Shown piece by piece: positions 47,508 to 56,837 of a stretch of DNA of 64,000 nucleotides. This DNA comes from Patescibacteria group bacterium. GTDB taxonomy: Bacteria > Patescibacteriota > Patescibacteriia > UBA10025 > JAHIVO01. The stretch spans positions 29,002 through 93,001 of the forward strand of contig JBMOKY010000001.1 of assembly GCA_049325535.1 (NCBI GenBank). Direction: 5' to 3'. The position numbers were made by a program, and so were the translations under genes. The notes under the pieces were generated by a model. The model had not been told where the DNA came from, did not search any database, and saw only the letters and a program-made list of their open reading frames with translations. Position 1 is the stretch's first letter; each line of letters starts with the position of its first letter.

Positions 47508-49652
47508 TTAGGCGTTGACTGGCACCTTCACTGTTTGGGCGGATGGGGCGGCCGTGGTCGCTGCGGGTTTGTATACTTTGCGATTCTTAAATTCTTCCTT
47601 TTTGCCTTTATTCCATTGTTGTACTGGACGCAGGTAGCCGACCACGCGGGAGTATACTTCGCAGATAGCCTGGCAACTGGGACATTCGGCGTGCTCACCG
47701 CTGAGGTAGCCATGCGTCGGACAGACGCTAAACGTCGGTGTGAAGGTGAAGTAGGGCAAGCGATATGTTTCACAGATTTTTCTGACCATTGATTTGATGG
47801 TGGTTGGCTCGGTGATTTGTTCCCCGAGGAACAAGTGGATGACCGTACCGCCGGTGTAGCGAGTTTGCAGGCTATCTTGCAGGTCGAGCACCTCAAATAG
47901 ATCCTCGGTGTAGTTGACCGGCAGATGGGTGGAATTGGTGTAAAACGGTTCGGCATTGTTCTGGTAATCCGGCTCATTTGCTGCAATAATCGTCGGATAT
48001 TTTTCTTTGTCTTTCTTGGCTAGGCGGTACGAGGTACCTTCGGCTGGCGTCGCTTCGAGATTGTAATTGTTCCCCGTCTCTTTTTGGTACGTTATCAGAC
48101 GATTACGCATGAAGTCGAGCACCCGTTCGGCAAAGGCGTGACCCTCTTCGGTTCCGAGGTCTTTGCCGAGGAGATTCAGGGCAGCTTCGTTCATGCCCAC
48201 GAGGCCGATGGTGGAAAAATGATTTTTCCAGTATTCATTAAACCGTTCCTTCATGTGCCGGAGGTAGTATTTGGTATAGGGATACAATCCTTTTTCCGTA
48301 AACCGTTCCAGGATTTTCCGTTTGATTTCCAGACTGTCCCGGGCGATATCCATCAGGCGTTCGAGACGGGTGATAAACTCCTCCTCATTGCGTGAGAGGA
48401 AGCCGAGGCGCGGCAAATTGATGGTGACGACTCCGGTTGAGCCGGTCAGGGGATGGGCGCCAAAGAGCCCGCCGCCGCGTTTTTCCAGCTGGCGATTGTC
48501 CAGGCGAAGGCGGCAGCACATGGAGCGGGCGTCTTCTGGATCCATGTCGGAATTGATGAAGTTTGAGAAATAGGGAATGCCGTATTTGCCGGAAATTTTC
48601 CAGAGCAGGTCGGCAATGGGACTGTCCCAGTCAAAATCCTTGGTGATATTGTAGGTGGGAATGGGAAAGGTAAAGACGCGGCCTTTGGCATCACCCTCGA
48701 GCATGACTTCCATCAGGGCTTTATTGAATATGTCCATTTCCCTCTGGAAATCTTTGTATTGTTCTTTTTGTGGCTTTCCGCCGATGATCACTGGCTGGTC
48801 GGCAAATGTGGAAGGGACAGTGAAGTCGAGAGTGATATTGGTAAATGGCGTCTGGAAGCCGACTCGAGTCGGGACATTGATATTAAAGAGGAATTCCTGG
48901 AGAACCTGTTTTACTTCTTTTTCAGTCAGATTATCGTAGCGGATAAATGGTGCCAGCAGTGTGTCAAAATTTGAGAATGCCTGCGCGCCGGCGGCTTCAC
49001 CCTGGAGGGTGTAAAAGAAATTAACGACTTGGCCCATGGCAGAACGTAAGTGTTTGGGAGGTTTGCTTTCGATTTTTCCGGCCACGCCGCGGAAGCCCTG
49101 GCTCATCAAGTCATAGAGATCCCAGCCGACGCAGTAGACGGACAGGATATTCAGATCATGCATGTGAAAATCACCACTATCGTGCGCCTGCCGGACTTCC
49201 TGGGGGTAAATTTTATTCAGCCAGTACTTTTTACTGATTTCCGAGGAAATGTAGTTATTGAGACCCTGGAGGGAGAATGACATGTTGCTATTTTCATTCA
49301 CCTGCCAGTCGAGTTCGTCCAGATATTGGTCAACAAGGCTGACATGCGCAGAGTCGGCGATTTCTCGCATCTTTGAATGCTGCTCGCGGTAAATGATGTA
49401 CGCCTTTGCCGTTTTTTTGTACATGGAGGACAGCAATATTTCTTCGACGATGTCCTGGATCTGCTCGACCGAGGGGATGCCATCACCATTGATGACTTGC
49501 TGGGCCACGCTTAATACGCGCAGCGTAAGCTGTTTGGCAATTTCTTTATCGAACTCGCCGGTTACCTGGCCGGCTTTATATATAGCGTTCACAATGCGCT
49601 CGGGATCAAAGGCGACGATGCGTCCATCCCGCTTTCGTATCTTCGTAAACAT
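47508..49652 (-). CDS. nrdD: Anaerobic ribonucleoside-triphosphate reductase (class III)
   Basis: N-terminal ATP-cone, C-terminal Zn-ribbon CPTHGYLSGEHAECPSC, and glycyl-radical motif RVVGYLR. Confidence 0.9.
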   Translation of the reverse strand: MFTKIRKRDGRIVAFDPERIVNAIYKAGQVTGEFDKEIAKQLTLRVLSVAQQVINGDGIPSVEQIQDIVEEILLSSMYKKTAKAYIIYREQHSKMREIADSAHVSLVDQYLDELDWQVNENSNMSFSLQGLNNYISSEISKKYWLNKIYPQEVRQAHDSGDFHMHDLNILSVYCVGWDLYDLMSQGFRGVAGKIESKPPKHLRSAMGQVVNFFYTLQGEAAGAQAFSNFDTLLAPFIRYDNLTEKEVKQVLQEFLFNINVPTRVGFQTPFTNITLDFTVPSTFADQPVIIGGKPQKEQYKDFQREMDIFNKALMEVMLEGDAKGRVFTFPIPTYNITKDFDWDSPIADLLWKISGKYGIPYFSNFINSDMDPEDARSMCCRLRLDNRQLEKRGGGLFGAHPLTGSTGVVTINLPRLGFLSRNEEEFITRLERLMDIARDSLEIKRKILERFTEKGLYPYTKYYLRHMKERFNEYWKNHFSTIGLVGMNEAALNLLGKDLGTEEGHAFAERVLDFMRNRLITYQKETGNNYNLEATPAEGTSYRLAKKDKEKYPTIIAANEPDYQNNAEPFYTNSTHLPVNYTEDLFEVLDLQDSLQTRYTGGTVIHLFLGEQITEPTTIKSMVRKICETYRLPYFTFTPTFSVCPTHGYLSGEHAECPSCQAICEVYSRVVGYLRPVQQWNKGKKEEFKNRKVYKPAATTAAPSAQTVKVPVNA

Positions 49653-49717
49653 GGCGATGGTTTTTGTTAGTGTTTATGAGCACCCCCGAAAGGGCGAGAA
49701 CTGAACCCACCTTGTTA

Positions 49718-49765
49718 GCACAAGATGTAGTGTCTCTATAGGGTAGTATACCACTAGATGTAGTT
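49718..49765. promoter_or_regulatory. Tandem NrdR-box-like palindromes upstream of nrdD
   Basis: GCACAAGATGTAGTGT and ACCACTAGATGTAGTT are both ACAC-N8-GTGT-like. Their starts are 32 bp apart, 65-115 nt upstream of the nrdD start. Confidence 0.35.
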
Positions 49766-49940
49766 TTGATCAAGGATAGCGGGTTTTCTCCGCTAATCAC
49801 AGGCTAAAATATTTTTCGCTTTTCCATTGTAGCACGTTTGGCCAGTCGCGTGGGCGTGAGAATGATTCGCAGTATGTGGACAGGAATGGCCAAAAGGGCG
49901 ATTGGAACGTTTTACGAACCTCAGGTAGGATGAAGACAGT

Positions 49941-50576
49941 ATGAAACCAGTCGTTTCCATAATTATTCCTACATATAATCGGGCAGCCTATCTCCCCCGC
50001 GCTATTAGTTCTGTGGTGGAGCAGTCATATAGCGCATGGGAACTGATTATTATCGATGATGGGAGCACGGATGCGACGCAAGAGGTCGTCCGTTCGATTG
50101 CCGCCACAGAACGGCGGATCCGCTCTGTCCGCCGCCTGCACCGTGGGGTCTACCCAGCTCTGAATACTGGCATCCGAACGGCCGTAGGGACATACATTAC
50201 CTTTTTGGGGAGTGACGATCGCCTCAACTCCAGCCATATCAGTAGGCGCGTCGGGTATCTGATGCGACATCCAGAGGTCGATATGCTGCATGGAGGCGTC
50301 CGTATCATCGGACAGCCCTATGTGGTGGACGCAGATCATCCTGGCCGGCGAATCCACCTCAAATATTGTGCCATTGGTGGTACGTTTTTTGGAAGGCGGG
50401 AGGTATTTACCTCTTTGGGCGGTTTTCAGACCCGGCGATATGGTGGAGATGCAGCCTTTTTAGCCGTCGCCCAGGGCAGGTTTACGATTCGACATGTTTC
50501 CTGGCCTACCTATGTGTATCATCGCGATACACCTGGGAGCATCACCAATAAAAAATTAGCCAGAAACAAGGTATAG
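49941..50576 (+). CDS. Family 2 glycosyltransferase
   Basis: VSIIIPTYNRAAYL...LIIIDDGSTD and DxD-like FLGSDDR motifs. Confidence 0.8.
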   Translation: MKPVVSIIIPTYNRAAYLPRAISSVVEQSYSAWELIIIDDGSTDATQEVVRSIAATERRIRSVRRLHRGVYPALNTGIRTAVGTYITFLGSDDRLNSSHISRRVGYLMRHPEVDMLHGGVRIIGQPYVVDADHPGRRIHLKYCAIGGTFFGRREVFTSLGGFQTRRYGGDAAFLAVAQGRFTIRHVSWPTYVYHRDTPGSITNKKLARNKV

Positions 50577-50605
50577 TTTCTGATGCCTGACTGTGAGATG
50601 AGGGT

Positions 50606-51178
50606 TTAAGTAAATATTTCTTTGAGCGCTTGGTAACGACTTGCCACTTCCTGGCGCACATCCTCAAAGAAGATTTTTATTGTGTAATCCCGTTCTAATT
50701 TTTCTTGTACCCAGCTGATGAATTCTGCGTATGTTTTATTTTCCGGAATATGCATCCAGCAAAATTGAGGATAGAAATCAGTCATGAAATGGGCATATGC
50801 ATCAGCGGTTGTCAGGATTTTACCTTCGAGTGTCTGCGGCAGCTCATCCCCGCGGCATTCGTGAGGTTTGATAACTACATTCATGACCGTCTCGATTTCA
50901 TTTTCGGTGTAGCCTGCTTTTTGCAGAACAGCCCGTGATTCCTTGTCCGTCACCGCTTCGAATTGTGGATCATGGCGATTCAGGAAGGCATCGCCGAAGT
51001 CATGGAGTAAGGCACCCGCAACCGCTATATCAGTATTTGCATTATGTACATGGCATAATGTTTCAGCTTTTTTCGCGACAACTTGGACGTGATTATCCCA
51101 CATCCAAGCAGCCAATGCATCAGTGGATGATGCGTAGGCTTGGGCTACGAGTTGCGTGACCTTCTCGTGTTTGTTCAT
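50606..51178 (-). CDS. HD-domain phosphohydrolase
   Basis: H...HD (LLHDFGD)...D metal-ligand pattern. Confidence 0.7.
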   Translation of the reverse strand: MNKHEKVTQLVAQAYASSTDALAAWMWDNHVQVVAKKAETLCHVHNANTDIAVAGALLHDFGDAFLNRHDPQFEAVTDKESRAVLQKAGYTENEIETVMNVVIKPHECRGDELPQTLEGKILTTADAYAHFMTDFYPQFCWMHIPENKTYAEFISWVQEKLERDYTIKIFFEDVRQEVASRYQALKEIFT

Positions 51179-51330
51179 ATTTTATTGTTCATAGACAGTA
51201 AGCGGGTAAGTCCTTCGACTTCGCTCAGGATAAAGTCCGTCGAACCCCTGTCAACAGCTTGTCCCGCAACGATGAGGCGAATGTAATGAGCCCATCTTGT
51301 TGCGAGAATCCCGGATTATCCCGCCAAGGT

Positions 51331-51401
51331 AGCGGGTAAGGGGAGTCGAACCCCTGTCAACAGCTTGGAAAGCTGTGGTAATACCGTTATACGATACCCG
51401 C
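51331..51401 (-). tRNA. tRNA-Gly (anticodon TCC)
   Basis: Reverse complement GCGGGTATCGTATAACGGTATTACCACAGCTTTCCAAGCTGTTGACAGGGGTTCGACTCCCCTTACCCGCT. Flanked by degenerate partial copies (see findings). Confidence 0.65.
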
Positions 51402-51612
51402 TACCTTGGCATGATTTGTTTGTTAAGAAAAATTGTTTCGTGCGGGATCCTCGTCCTCCAAAGGCGGACGGGAGAAAGCTGTGGTAATACCGTTATATGA
51501 TACCCGCGCGTGTTATGAGGAAACACCTACGGTTTTTCCTCATTACTCTTTTTCCCTATAGTAGTATGCCTCGCTCGGAGTAAATCCGCAGCTCGTCATG
51601 CTAGGAGTGTTG

Positions 51613-51939
51613 TTAAGGATTCCAGAGATACTGATTGAGATCAACGTAGTAATTTCCTGCTCGCTGGGTGACGGTCACGCCATCCTTTTTCAGTAGTTTT
51701 GCCTGCTCGTGGCAGTCATGGATCTCACAGGTAGTGCTGATTCTTCCCTCGCGGTTGATGATGCGTTGCCAGGGCATGTTTTCCAGTCCGTTATTGTCGA
51801 TGGCGTGCAGTGCCCACCCCACCATCCGGGCGGCTTGCGGCGAACCAAGCAGAGCGGCAATTTGTCCATAGGTGGCCACCGTGCCTTTGGGAATTTGTGA
51901 CACTATAGCGTATACTCGTTTGTAAAAATCACCAGCCAT
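51613..51939 (-). CDS. Alkyltransferase-like (ATL) protein: MGMT-family DNA-binding domain with Trp in place of the catalytic Cys
   Basis: MGMT/Ogt C-terminal fold (YGQIAALLGSPQAARMVGWAL). The canonical PCHRV is replaced by PWQRII, as in the non-catalytic ATL proteins (PWHRV). Confidence 0.7.
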   Translation of the reverse strand: MAGDFYKRVYAIVSQIPKGTVATYGQIAALLGSPQAARMVGWALHAIDNNGLENMPWQRIINREGRISTTCEIHDCHEQAKLLKKDGVTVTQRAGNYYVDLNQYLWNP

Positions 51940-51973
51940 ACTACGTATGCTGTACTCTACGTTTTTTGGAGGT

Positions 51974-52312
51974 TTACGTCAAGCGCTCAAAACACGGACA
52001 CGGTTTTTCACGCAGGATGGCTCGTTGGCGGTGCGGAGTATCAATATAGGCCCATTGGGCGCGCATCCCGCGGGCCAATCGTTTATCCAGTGGCGAGCGG
52101 TGGCGGTATCCTCGGCGTTTCATTTCGTGTACCAATTGTTCATGCCGTCGGTACAGCGCGGCCAATTTACCCATCCACCGCTTGGTTTCCGGATGCTGGC
52201 TGTACCCTTTTTTGTTTTGCGTTATTACTGTCCAGACAGCATGCAATTCCCGGTGCTCTCCGAGTAGGTGGTTCCGGCAAAGATTTTTTGGATGGATGTC
52301 CCAGATGCGCAT
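51974..52312 (-). CDS. Pyrimidine-dimer DNA glycosylase-like (T4 endonuclease V / Pyr_excise family)
   Basis: MRIWDIHPKNLCRNHLLGEHRELHAVW N-terminus resembles the MR(L/I)W...LLGEHRE pattern of bacterial endonuclease V homologues. Confidence 0.55.
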   Translation of the reverse strand: MRIWDIHPKNLCRNHLLGEHRELHAVWTVITQNKKGYSQHPETKRWMGKLAALYRRHEQLVHEMKRRGYRHRSPLDKRLARGMRAQWAYIDTPHRQRAILREKPCPCFERLT

Positions 52313-52412
52313 AGAGGTAGGCATATAGTACTCCCCTGATTGGCAGGGACGCAAATCGGGCATATCGAAAATTCCTCTTGGGTAACGGTGAGCAGAGGTT
52401 CGATTGCGGATA

Positions 52413-54086
52413 CTATCCTGCGGTCACCGGCCGAGCTAGCGGCTGTTTATCGCGTGGGGAGTTGGATGATGCAATCGGCATCGGGCGGGGGGTGCTGGCA
52501 CGCACTAGTTTTTTGTCCATTTGGGTCAGTTTCAGGATGTGCTCCGGGGTGAGCGATTGGAGTTCAGGGGTGCGGTCAGTGGCCGGGTAATACACCGAGT
52601 AGATTTCTGGGAGCATAGGGCTGCTGATCTCCTCAAGCGTCACCGATTGCGCCAGCTGAAGAAAATGTTCGTAGTGGGACTCGACGTCATGGAACAGCAT
52701 GTCGATGCCAGTGGCAGGCACCAGTGACCCGGTGATCGTGGGGAGGTATGACAATACCAATCCATCGCCGCCATAGGCAGTCGTGTCGGTCGGTTCTATG
52801 GCATCCGCTTCGATAGCATCGCCCATCTGGCGCAGCAGTTGCTGCCAGGCGCGTTTGGTCGCGGTGAGGTCATTGACCTGAGAAAATCCGCCCAGGCATT
52901 TCATGCCGTAGTACAGAGCCACCATCAGGTAGCAGAGCATCATGCTGGGCATAATTTTTTTCTCCCGGAGCGCTTGAGTAAGCGCTGGGACAGTTGTTGC
53001 TACTGAGTAATCCATGCCCTCTGCCACGAGTCGTCCTTGCTGCAGGGTCATGCGTTTGCGGTGCTGTCGATCATTGAGTGCCCAGAACAGGTGGGTACCC
53101 CACTGTTTCTCTTCGGAGAAAGCACCGGGGATATTGTCAAAATGAATTTTCATGGCCTGATGGTAGCCTGGGTTAGTCAGCAGCTGATGGAGTGATGAGG
53201 CGGTATTGGGCAGGTGGAATCGGATCAGCAGTTCGCGTGTTAGCGATTCAATGTCCAAATATACGAGATCGGGTATCTGGACGTCGGAATTAGACGAGGT
53301 TTCGGCCGTATGGAATAGATCAGGCCATAGATTGAAATTGATTTTGGTGATTTGCTCCGCGAGACTGGCGGTATCCAGTACTGATGGATCAGAAAAATAG
53401 GTATCCAGACATTGGTGTACGGCGACGCAGCGCTCTCGGGTGATCGTCCCCGTGGCACCTTTGCTGTCGACAGCCCGATGTGCTCGGGCGATATCATCCG
53501 GGGTAAATGGGCGCATGGTATATGCGACCCCCATTTTTTCCCGATCCGGTAATATGGGGATGCGGATCAGGTTCGACGACCCATTGATACCGCCATGAAA
53601 AAGAATGCCACGCGGGTAGGCAGACGCATTATTGATAGATACGGTGGCAAACGAAAAAACAACCAGGTAGCGGAGATCGGGATCCTGTCGCTGGTGGAAC
53701 GGAAGTGAATCGATGATATTTGAATTGACAAAAAATGGATGGTCAATCGGGCCGTGATGGTCGGCCGTGGAGACGAGCGGGAATTTTTCAAGCTGGCGGA
53801 CAACCCCGTCGGCTACGGTTGCACCGAGACGATCCGCGGTTAGTTCACGGGCAACGGAAATCAGCTCATGCCGACGGGCCTCAGTAATGGGGAGTGATGG
53901 AAAACTGAAAAAATCGCGGGTAAATTCTAGTAAATTTTTTGCGCCGCGGCGCTGGATGATATCCGCAAGGATTGGACTCCGTTTCCAGACGGCGCTTTTG
54001 AGTGATGAGAGAGTGGCTGGGGAAGGGCGGTCGGGAACAGGCCCACTATCATCAGATTCTATCGTTGCTTCCATAAAGAGGCTCAT
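52413..54086 (-). CDS. Hypothetical protein (557 aa), no recognised domain
   Basis: Long ORF with ordinary composition. Sits between DNA-repair genes and an HD dNTPase-like gene. Confidence 0.5.
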   Translation of the reverse strand: MSLFMEATIESDDSGPVPDRPSPATLSSLKSAVWKRSPILADIIQRRGAKNLLEFTRDFFSFPSLPITEARRHELISVARELTADRLGATVADGVVRQLEKFPLVSTADHHGPIDHPFFVNSNIIDSLPFHQRQDPDLRYLVVFSFATVSINNASAYPRGILFHGGINGSSNLIRIPILPDREKMGVAYTMRPFTPDDIARAHRAVDSKGATGTITRERCVAVHQCLDTYFSDPSVLDTASLAEQITKINFNLWPDLFHTAETSSNSDVQIPDLVYLDIESLTRELLIRFHLPNTASSLHQLLTNPGYHQAMKIHFDNIPGAFSEEKQWGTHLFWALNDRQHRKRMTLQQGRLVAEGMDYSVATTVPALTQALREKKIMPSMMLCYLMVALYYGMKCLGGFSQVNDLTATKRAWQQLLRQMGDAIEADAIEPTDTTAYGGDGLVLSYLPTITGSLVPATGIDMLFHDVESHYEHFLQLAQSVTLEEISSPMLPEIYSVYYPATDRTPELQSLTPEHILKLTQMDKKLVRASTPRPMPIASSNSPRDKQPLARPVTAG

Positions 54087-54203
54087 TTGGATTTTCGGTC
54101 AGCATAGCGCAAGTGGTCCGAATAGTCAATCCCCTCGTCTTCGCAAGCCCCATATTAGCCAAAAAACTAACAAAGGTAAGGAAAGCTCCCGGGTGGGCAG
54201 GAA

Positions 54204-55223
54204 TTAGGCGGTAGCCAAATTCCCTAAAAATTTTAAAAAGTACCGCTTTGGCGCGCGCTCAGTGCTGACAATTTGTTTCCACTGTACGTCAGTTTCTGAC
54301 AGGCGAATGGAGGTTCCATTTACTGTGACGAAGGGATCGACCACGCGGGATTTACATATGACGGCGCGATCATATTCGTCGGGACTGTTTATCACTTGGT
54401 CGCGTGCGTGCATCCGATGGTAGAGTGTTTTTAAAGTGGCATCTGCTTCATGGAAGGGGTGCAGTTTTTTCAGGACTGCCCGGTCCGTGGTGTAGAGATC
54501 GTGGTAGGTGATATAGGTTTTGTCGAGCGCGTAAGCGAGATAGTCCCCGACTGTCTGGAGCATGACCGCCCCGAGGAAACTTGCAAAATACGTATTATTT
54601 AAATGGTGGAAAAGCTGCGAGAATTCTCGGGCAGCAGCAATATCATGGAAAAACCATTTTCCATCCTGGGTGGCAAGGGAATTGAGCAGTCTTCGTATTT
54701 TTATTGGCGTCCATTTTTTTTCGAATGCCTCAGCATTGCGCACTGCATAATCTATCCGGTCAGCACATAGATCCGGAAGTTGCCGCTCAAGCAAAGGGAA
54801 GCGACTATCATCAAGGATTTCTGATGGATCATAGCCATGTTTCGTGAGTATGGCGGGAATGTTTGTCTGGTTGATGTACTGATGAAAATATTCATCCTGG
54901 TGTTTTTGGGTGGCCCCGGATCCGTTTCTGAGCGCATAATCTATACAATGGGAAAATGCCGAGTGCGATACGTCATGAAGCAGTCCGGCTATTTGCTCTT
55001 CCAGTGATGCGTCATATATCCGAAGCAGTATACAAACGCCGACCGAATGGGCGAAACGGCTGAATTCTTCATCGGTGATGTCCGCATCGGGGTATATCCA
55101 CAGCGGACGATACCCGGCCTGGTCGATACCTTTGAGTCGCTGGAGGGCGGGATCTTGGATTAATTCCAATAAGACCGGCTCGGTGAACTCAACGGAACCA
55201 TACACGCGGTCAGTGTAGCGCAT
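54204..55223 (-). CDS. HD-domain dNTP triphosphohydrolase-like protein (COG1078 type)
   Basis: N-terminal DRVYGSVEFTEPVLLELIQDPALQRLKGIDQAG and LLHDVSHSAFSH HD motif. Confidence 0.65.
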   Translation of the reverse strand: MRYTDRVYGSVEFTEPVLLELIQDPALQRLKGIDQAGYRPLWIYPDADITDEEFSRFAHSVGVCILLRIYDASLEEQIAGLLHDVSHSAFSHCIDYALRNGSGATQKHQDEYFHQYINQTNIPAILTKHGYDPSEILDDSRFPLLERQLPDLCADRIDYAVRNAEAFEKKWTPIKIRRLLNSLATQDGKWFFHDIAAAREFSQLFHHLNNTYFASFLGAVMLQTVGDYLAYALDKTYITYHDLYTTDRAVLKKLHPFHEADATLKTLYHRMHARDQVINSPDEYDRAVICKSRVVDPFVTVNGTSIRLSETDVQWKQIVSTERAPKRYFLKFLGNLATA

Positions 55224-55228
55224 GTGCG

Positions 55229-55582
55229 TTATTTTTTTATTGCATCAATCTTCGCCGCCAGGATGAAGTCATTTTCATGCAGGCCGCGTACGGCATGGGT
55301 CCAGATGGTGAACACCACGTGATTGTAATGCACGCAGAAGTCAGGGTGGTGACCCTCAGACTCGGCAAGATCCTCTACTGTGCGTAAGAATGCCATGGCC
55401 TCACGGAAATCCTTGAAGACGATTTCCTTGGTAATAGCTTTGACGTCCACTGCTTTTTGTTTGGTGGTCGTGAGCTCCCACCCATCGACATGAGTCATGA
55501 GTTCTTTGATTTCCTCATCGGTGGCTGGTGGTACGCCACCTTCGCACGGGATGCAGCGTTTATGGGTGAGTTGGTCGGTCAT
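55229..55582 (-). CDS. Pterin-4a-carbinolamine dehydratase
   Basis: EGHHPD motif and about 115 aa, typical of PCD/DCoH. Confidence 0.8.
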   Translation of the reverse strand: MTDQLTHKRCIPCEGGVPPATDEEIKELMTHVDGWELTTTKQKAVDVKAITKEIVFKDFREAMAFLRTVEDLAESEGHHPDFCVHYNHVVFTIWTHAVRGLHENDFILAAKIDAIKK

Positions 55583-55671
55583 ATACATGGTTTGGTTACT
55601 GCCGATGTAATGATACTCCTATGGTAATTGGTTCGGCAAACGTTCATTTCCAAAATCCCTCAACATGATTG

Positions 55672-55681
55672 GGGGGGGGCG
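55672..55681. repeat. Homopolymeric G10 tract in the intergenic region upstream of the PCD gene
   Basis: GGGGGGGGGG seen directly in the sequence. Confidence 0.9.
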
Positions 55682-55796
55682 TTTAGTCGGGGTGACTAGA
55701 ATTGTTCGCCTCCGGCAGAAACCCACGATCTTCTCTGACGGTACTGTCGGGGAGAGCGAGCAAACAAACTGCCCGCAAAATTCGTAATGTTTAGAT

Positions 55797-55874
55797 TGGT
55801 CGGGGCGGCGAGACTCGAACTCGCGACCTCCTGCTCCCAAAGCAGGCGCGCTAGCCAACTGCGCTACGCCCCGA
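55797..55874 (-). tRNA. tRNA-Pro (anticodon TGG)
   Basis: Reverse complement CGGGGCGTAGCGCAGTTGGCTAGCGCGCCTGCTTTGGGAGCAGGAGGTCGCGAGTTCGAGTCTCGCCGCCCCGACCA. Confidence 0.7.
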
Positions 55875-55882
55875 TGAGGCGT

Positions 55883-56278
55883 TTATTTCTTTGTGCGGGG
55901 GAAGGCACCCCGGCGTCTGTCATACCGTTTTTCGTTGGTCTTGTACCCGTCATCAGATGACCAGCGAAGCCACAATCGTTTTTTAAATCCACCTTTGCGC
56001 ATCATATTTACTCTTTGGGCAGCCGCAACCTCACGGGTGGTTATCTTCTTTATTGATTTAATTTCCTCAATGACATCTATGACGTCGGCAATCTCACTGA
56101 CAAGTTCTGTACGAGAGGTGGCACGTTGCATACCACTCGCCTCTTCTTCAACTTTTTTGATGAGCTCTTGCTCGAATTTCTTTTTGGGCAGGACGCGCAC
56201 ATCATAATCAGCACCGGCGGCTTTGATGCGGCTTGGGATCCTGTCGCGAATGACTTTGTTGTAAAATATTTTTTTCAT
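55883..56278 (-). CDS. MazG-like all-alpha nucleoside-triphosphate pyrophosphohydrolase with a basic C-terminal tail
   Basis: KVIRDRIPSRI...ELIKKVEEE...EIADVIDVIEEI matches small MazG/HisE-like house-cleaning NTP-PPases. Confidence 0.6.
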   Translation of the reverse strand: MKKIFYNKVIRDRIPSRIKAAGADYDVRVLPKKKFEQELIKKVEEEASGMQRATSRTELVSEIADVIDVIEEIKSIKKITTREVAAAQRVNMMRKGGFKKRLWLRWSSDDGYKTNEKRYDRRRGAFPRTKK

Positions 56279-56403
56279 TCGCCTAATTGGAGAAAGGGTG
56301 GTGCCGAGTGCCAGAATCAGACCCCGTATGATTCCTCGTTTCACTCGTCATAACGGGGCAGGCTGGCGACGTACCAGATCATTTTCCAAATGTCTTTATC
56401 ATG

Positions 56404-56475
56404 TGCCGAGGGCCAGAATCGGACTGGCGACGCAAGGATTTTCAGTCCTTCGCTCTACCACTGAGCTACCTCGGC
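56404..56475 (-). tRNA. tRNA-Phe (anticodon GAA), unusual T-loop (TCCGATT)
   Basis: Reverse complement GCCGAGGTAGCTCAGTGGTAGAGCGAAGGACTGAAAATCCTTGCGTCGCCAGTCCGATTCTGGCCCTCGGCA. Confidence 0.6.
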
Positions 56476-56763
56476 TTGAAGAACCTCGGCACATGATAAA
56501 GAAAGTTATCAATGATTTTCAGTCCGGAGACCTGCCCCGCCATAGCTCACGAAGTGAGCGGTGCGGGGTCTACCACTGAGCTACCTCGGCGCGGGCCGTC
56601 CCCAGCATGAGTGAGTATTATTTTTTAAAGCCACTGGTGAGCGATCGAGTATAAGATCTTTCGCTTACGCTCAGGACGGCACCCGGGACCTCGTCATTAT
56701 CCTGTACTATACTCACTGCGTTTGCAAGTACAGGACGAGTCAGTGACGTTACCACCCCCAGAG

Positions 56764-56837
56764 TGGGCGACTCAGGAATCGAACCTGAGACCTCGTCATT
56801 ATCAGTGACGCGCTCTAACCATCTGAGCTAGTCGCCC
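56764..56837 (-). tRNA. tRNA-Ile (anticodon GAT), immediately downstream of the 16S rRNA
   Basis: Reverse complement GGGCGACTAGCTCAGATGGTTAGAGCGCGTCACTGATAATGACGAGGTCTCAGGTTCGATTCCTGAGTCGCCCA. Confidence 0.7.

Noticed and set aside
46938-47792. 284-aa plus-strand ORF across nrdG/nrdD, and several ORFs of 60-230 aa antisense to nrdD, the beta-helix protein and smc (for example 61319..62011 and 63023..63604)
   Set aside because: Each is antisense to a confidently identified conserved gene (radical-SAM NrdG, NrdD, SMC), so they are shadow ORFs.
56301-56590. Interpretation of the tRNA-Phe 5' and 3' fragments as a functional split tRNA
   Set aside because: Split tRNAs are known only in a few archaea. 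An intact tRNA-Phe sits between the fragments. The fragments carry disruptive hairpin insertions and there is no complementary leader pairing. Kept only as a low-probability alternative in the corresponding finding.
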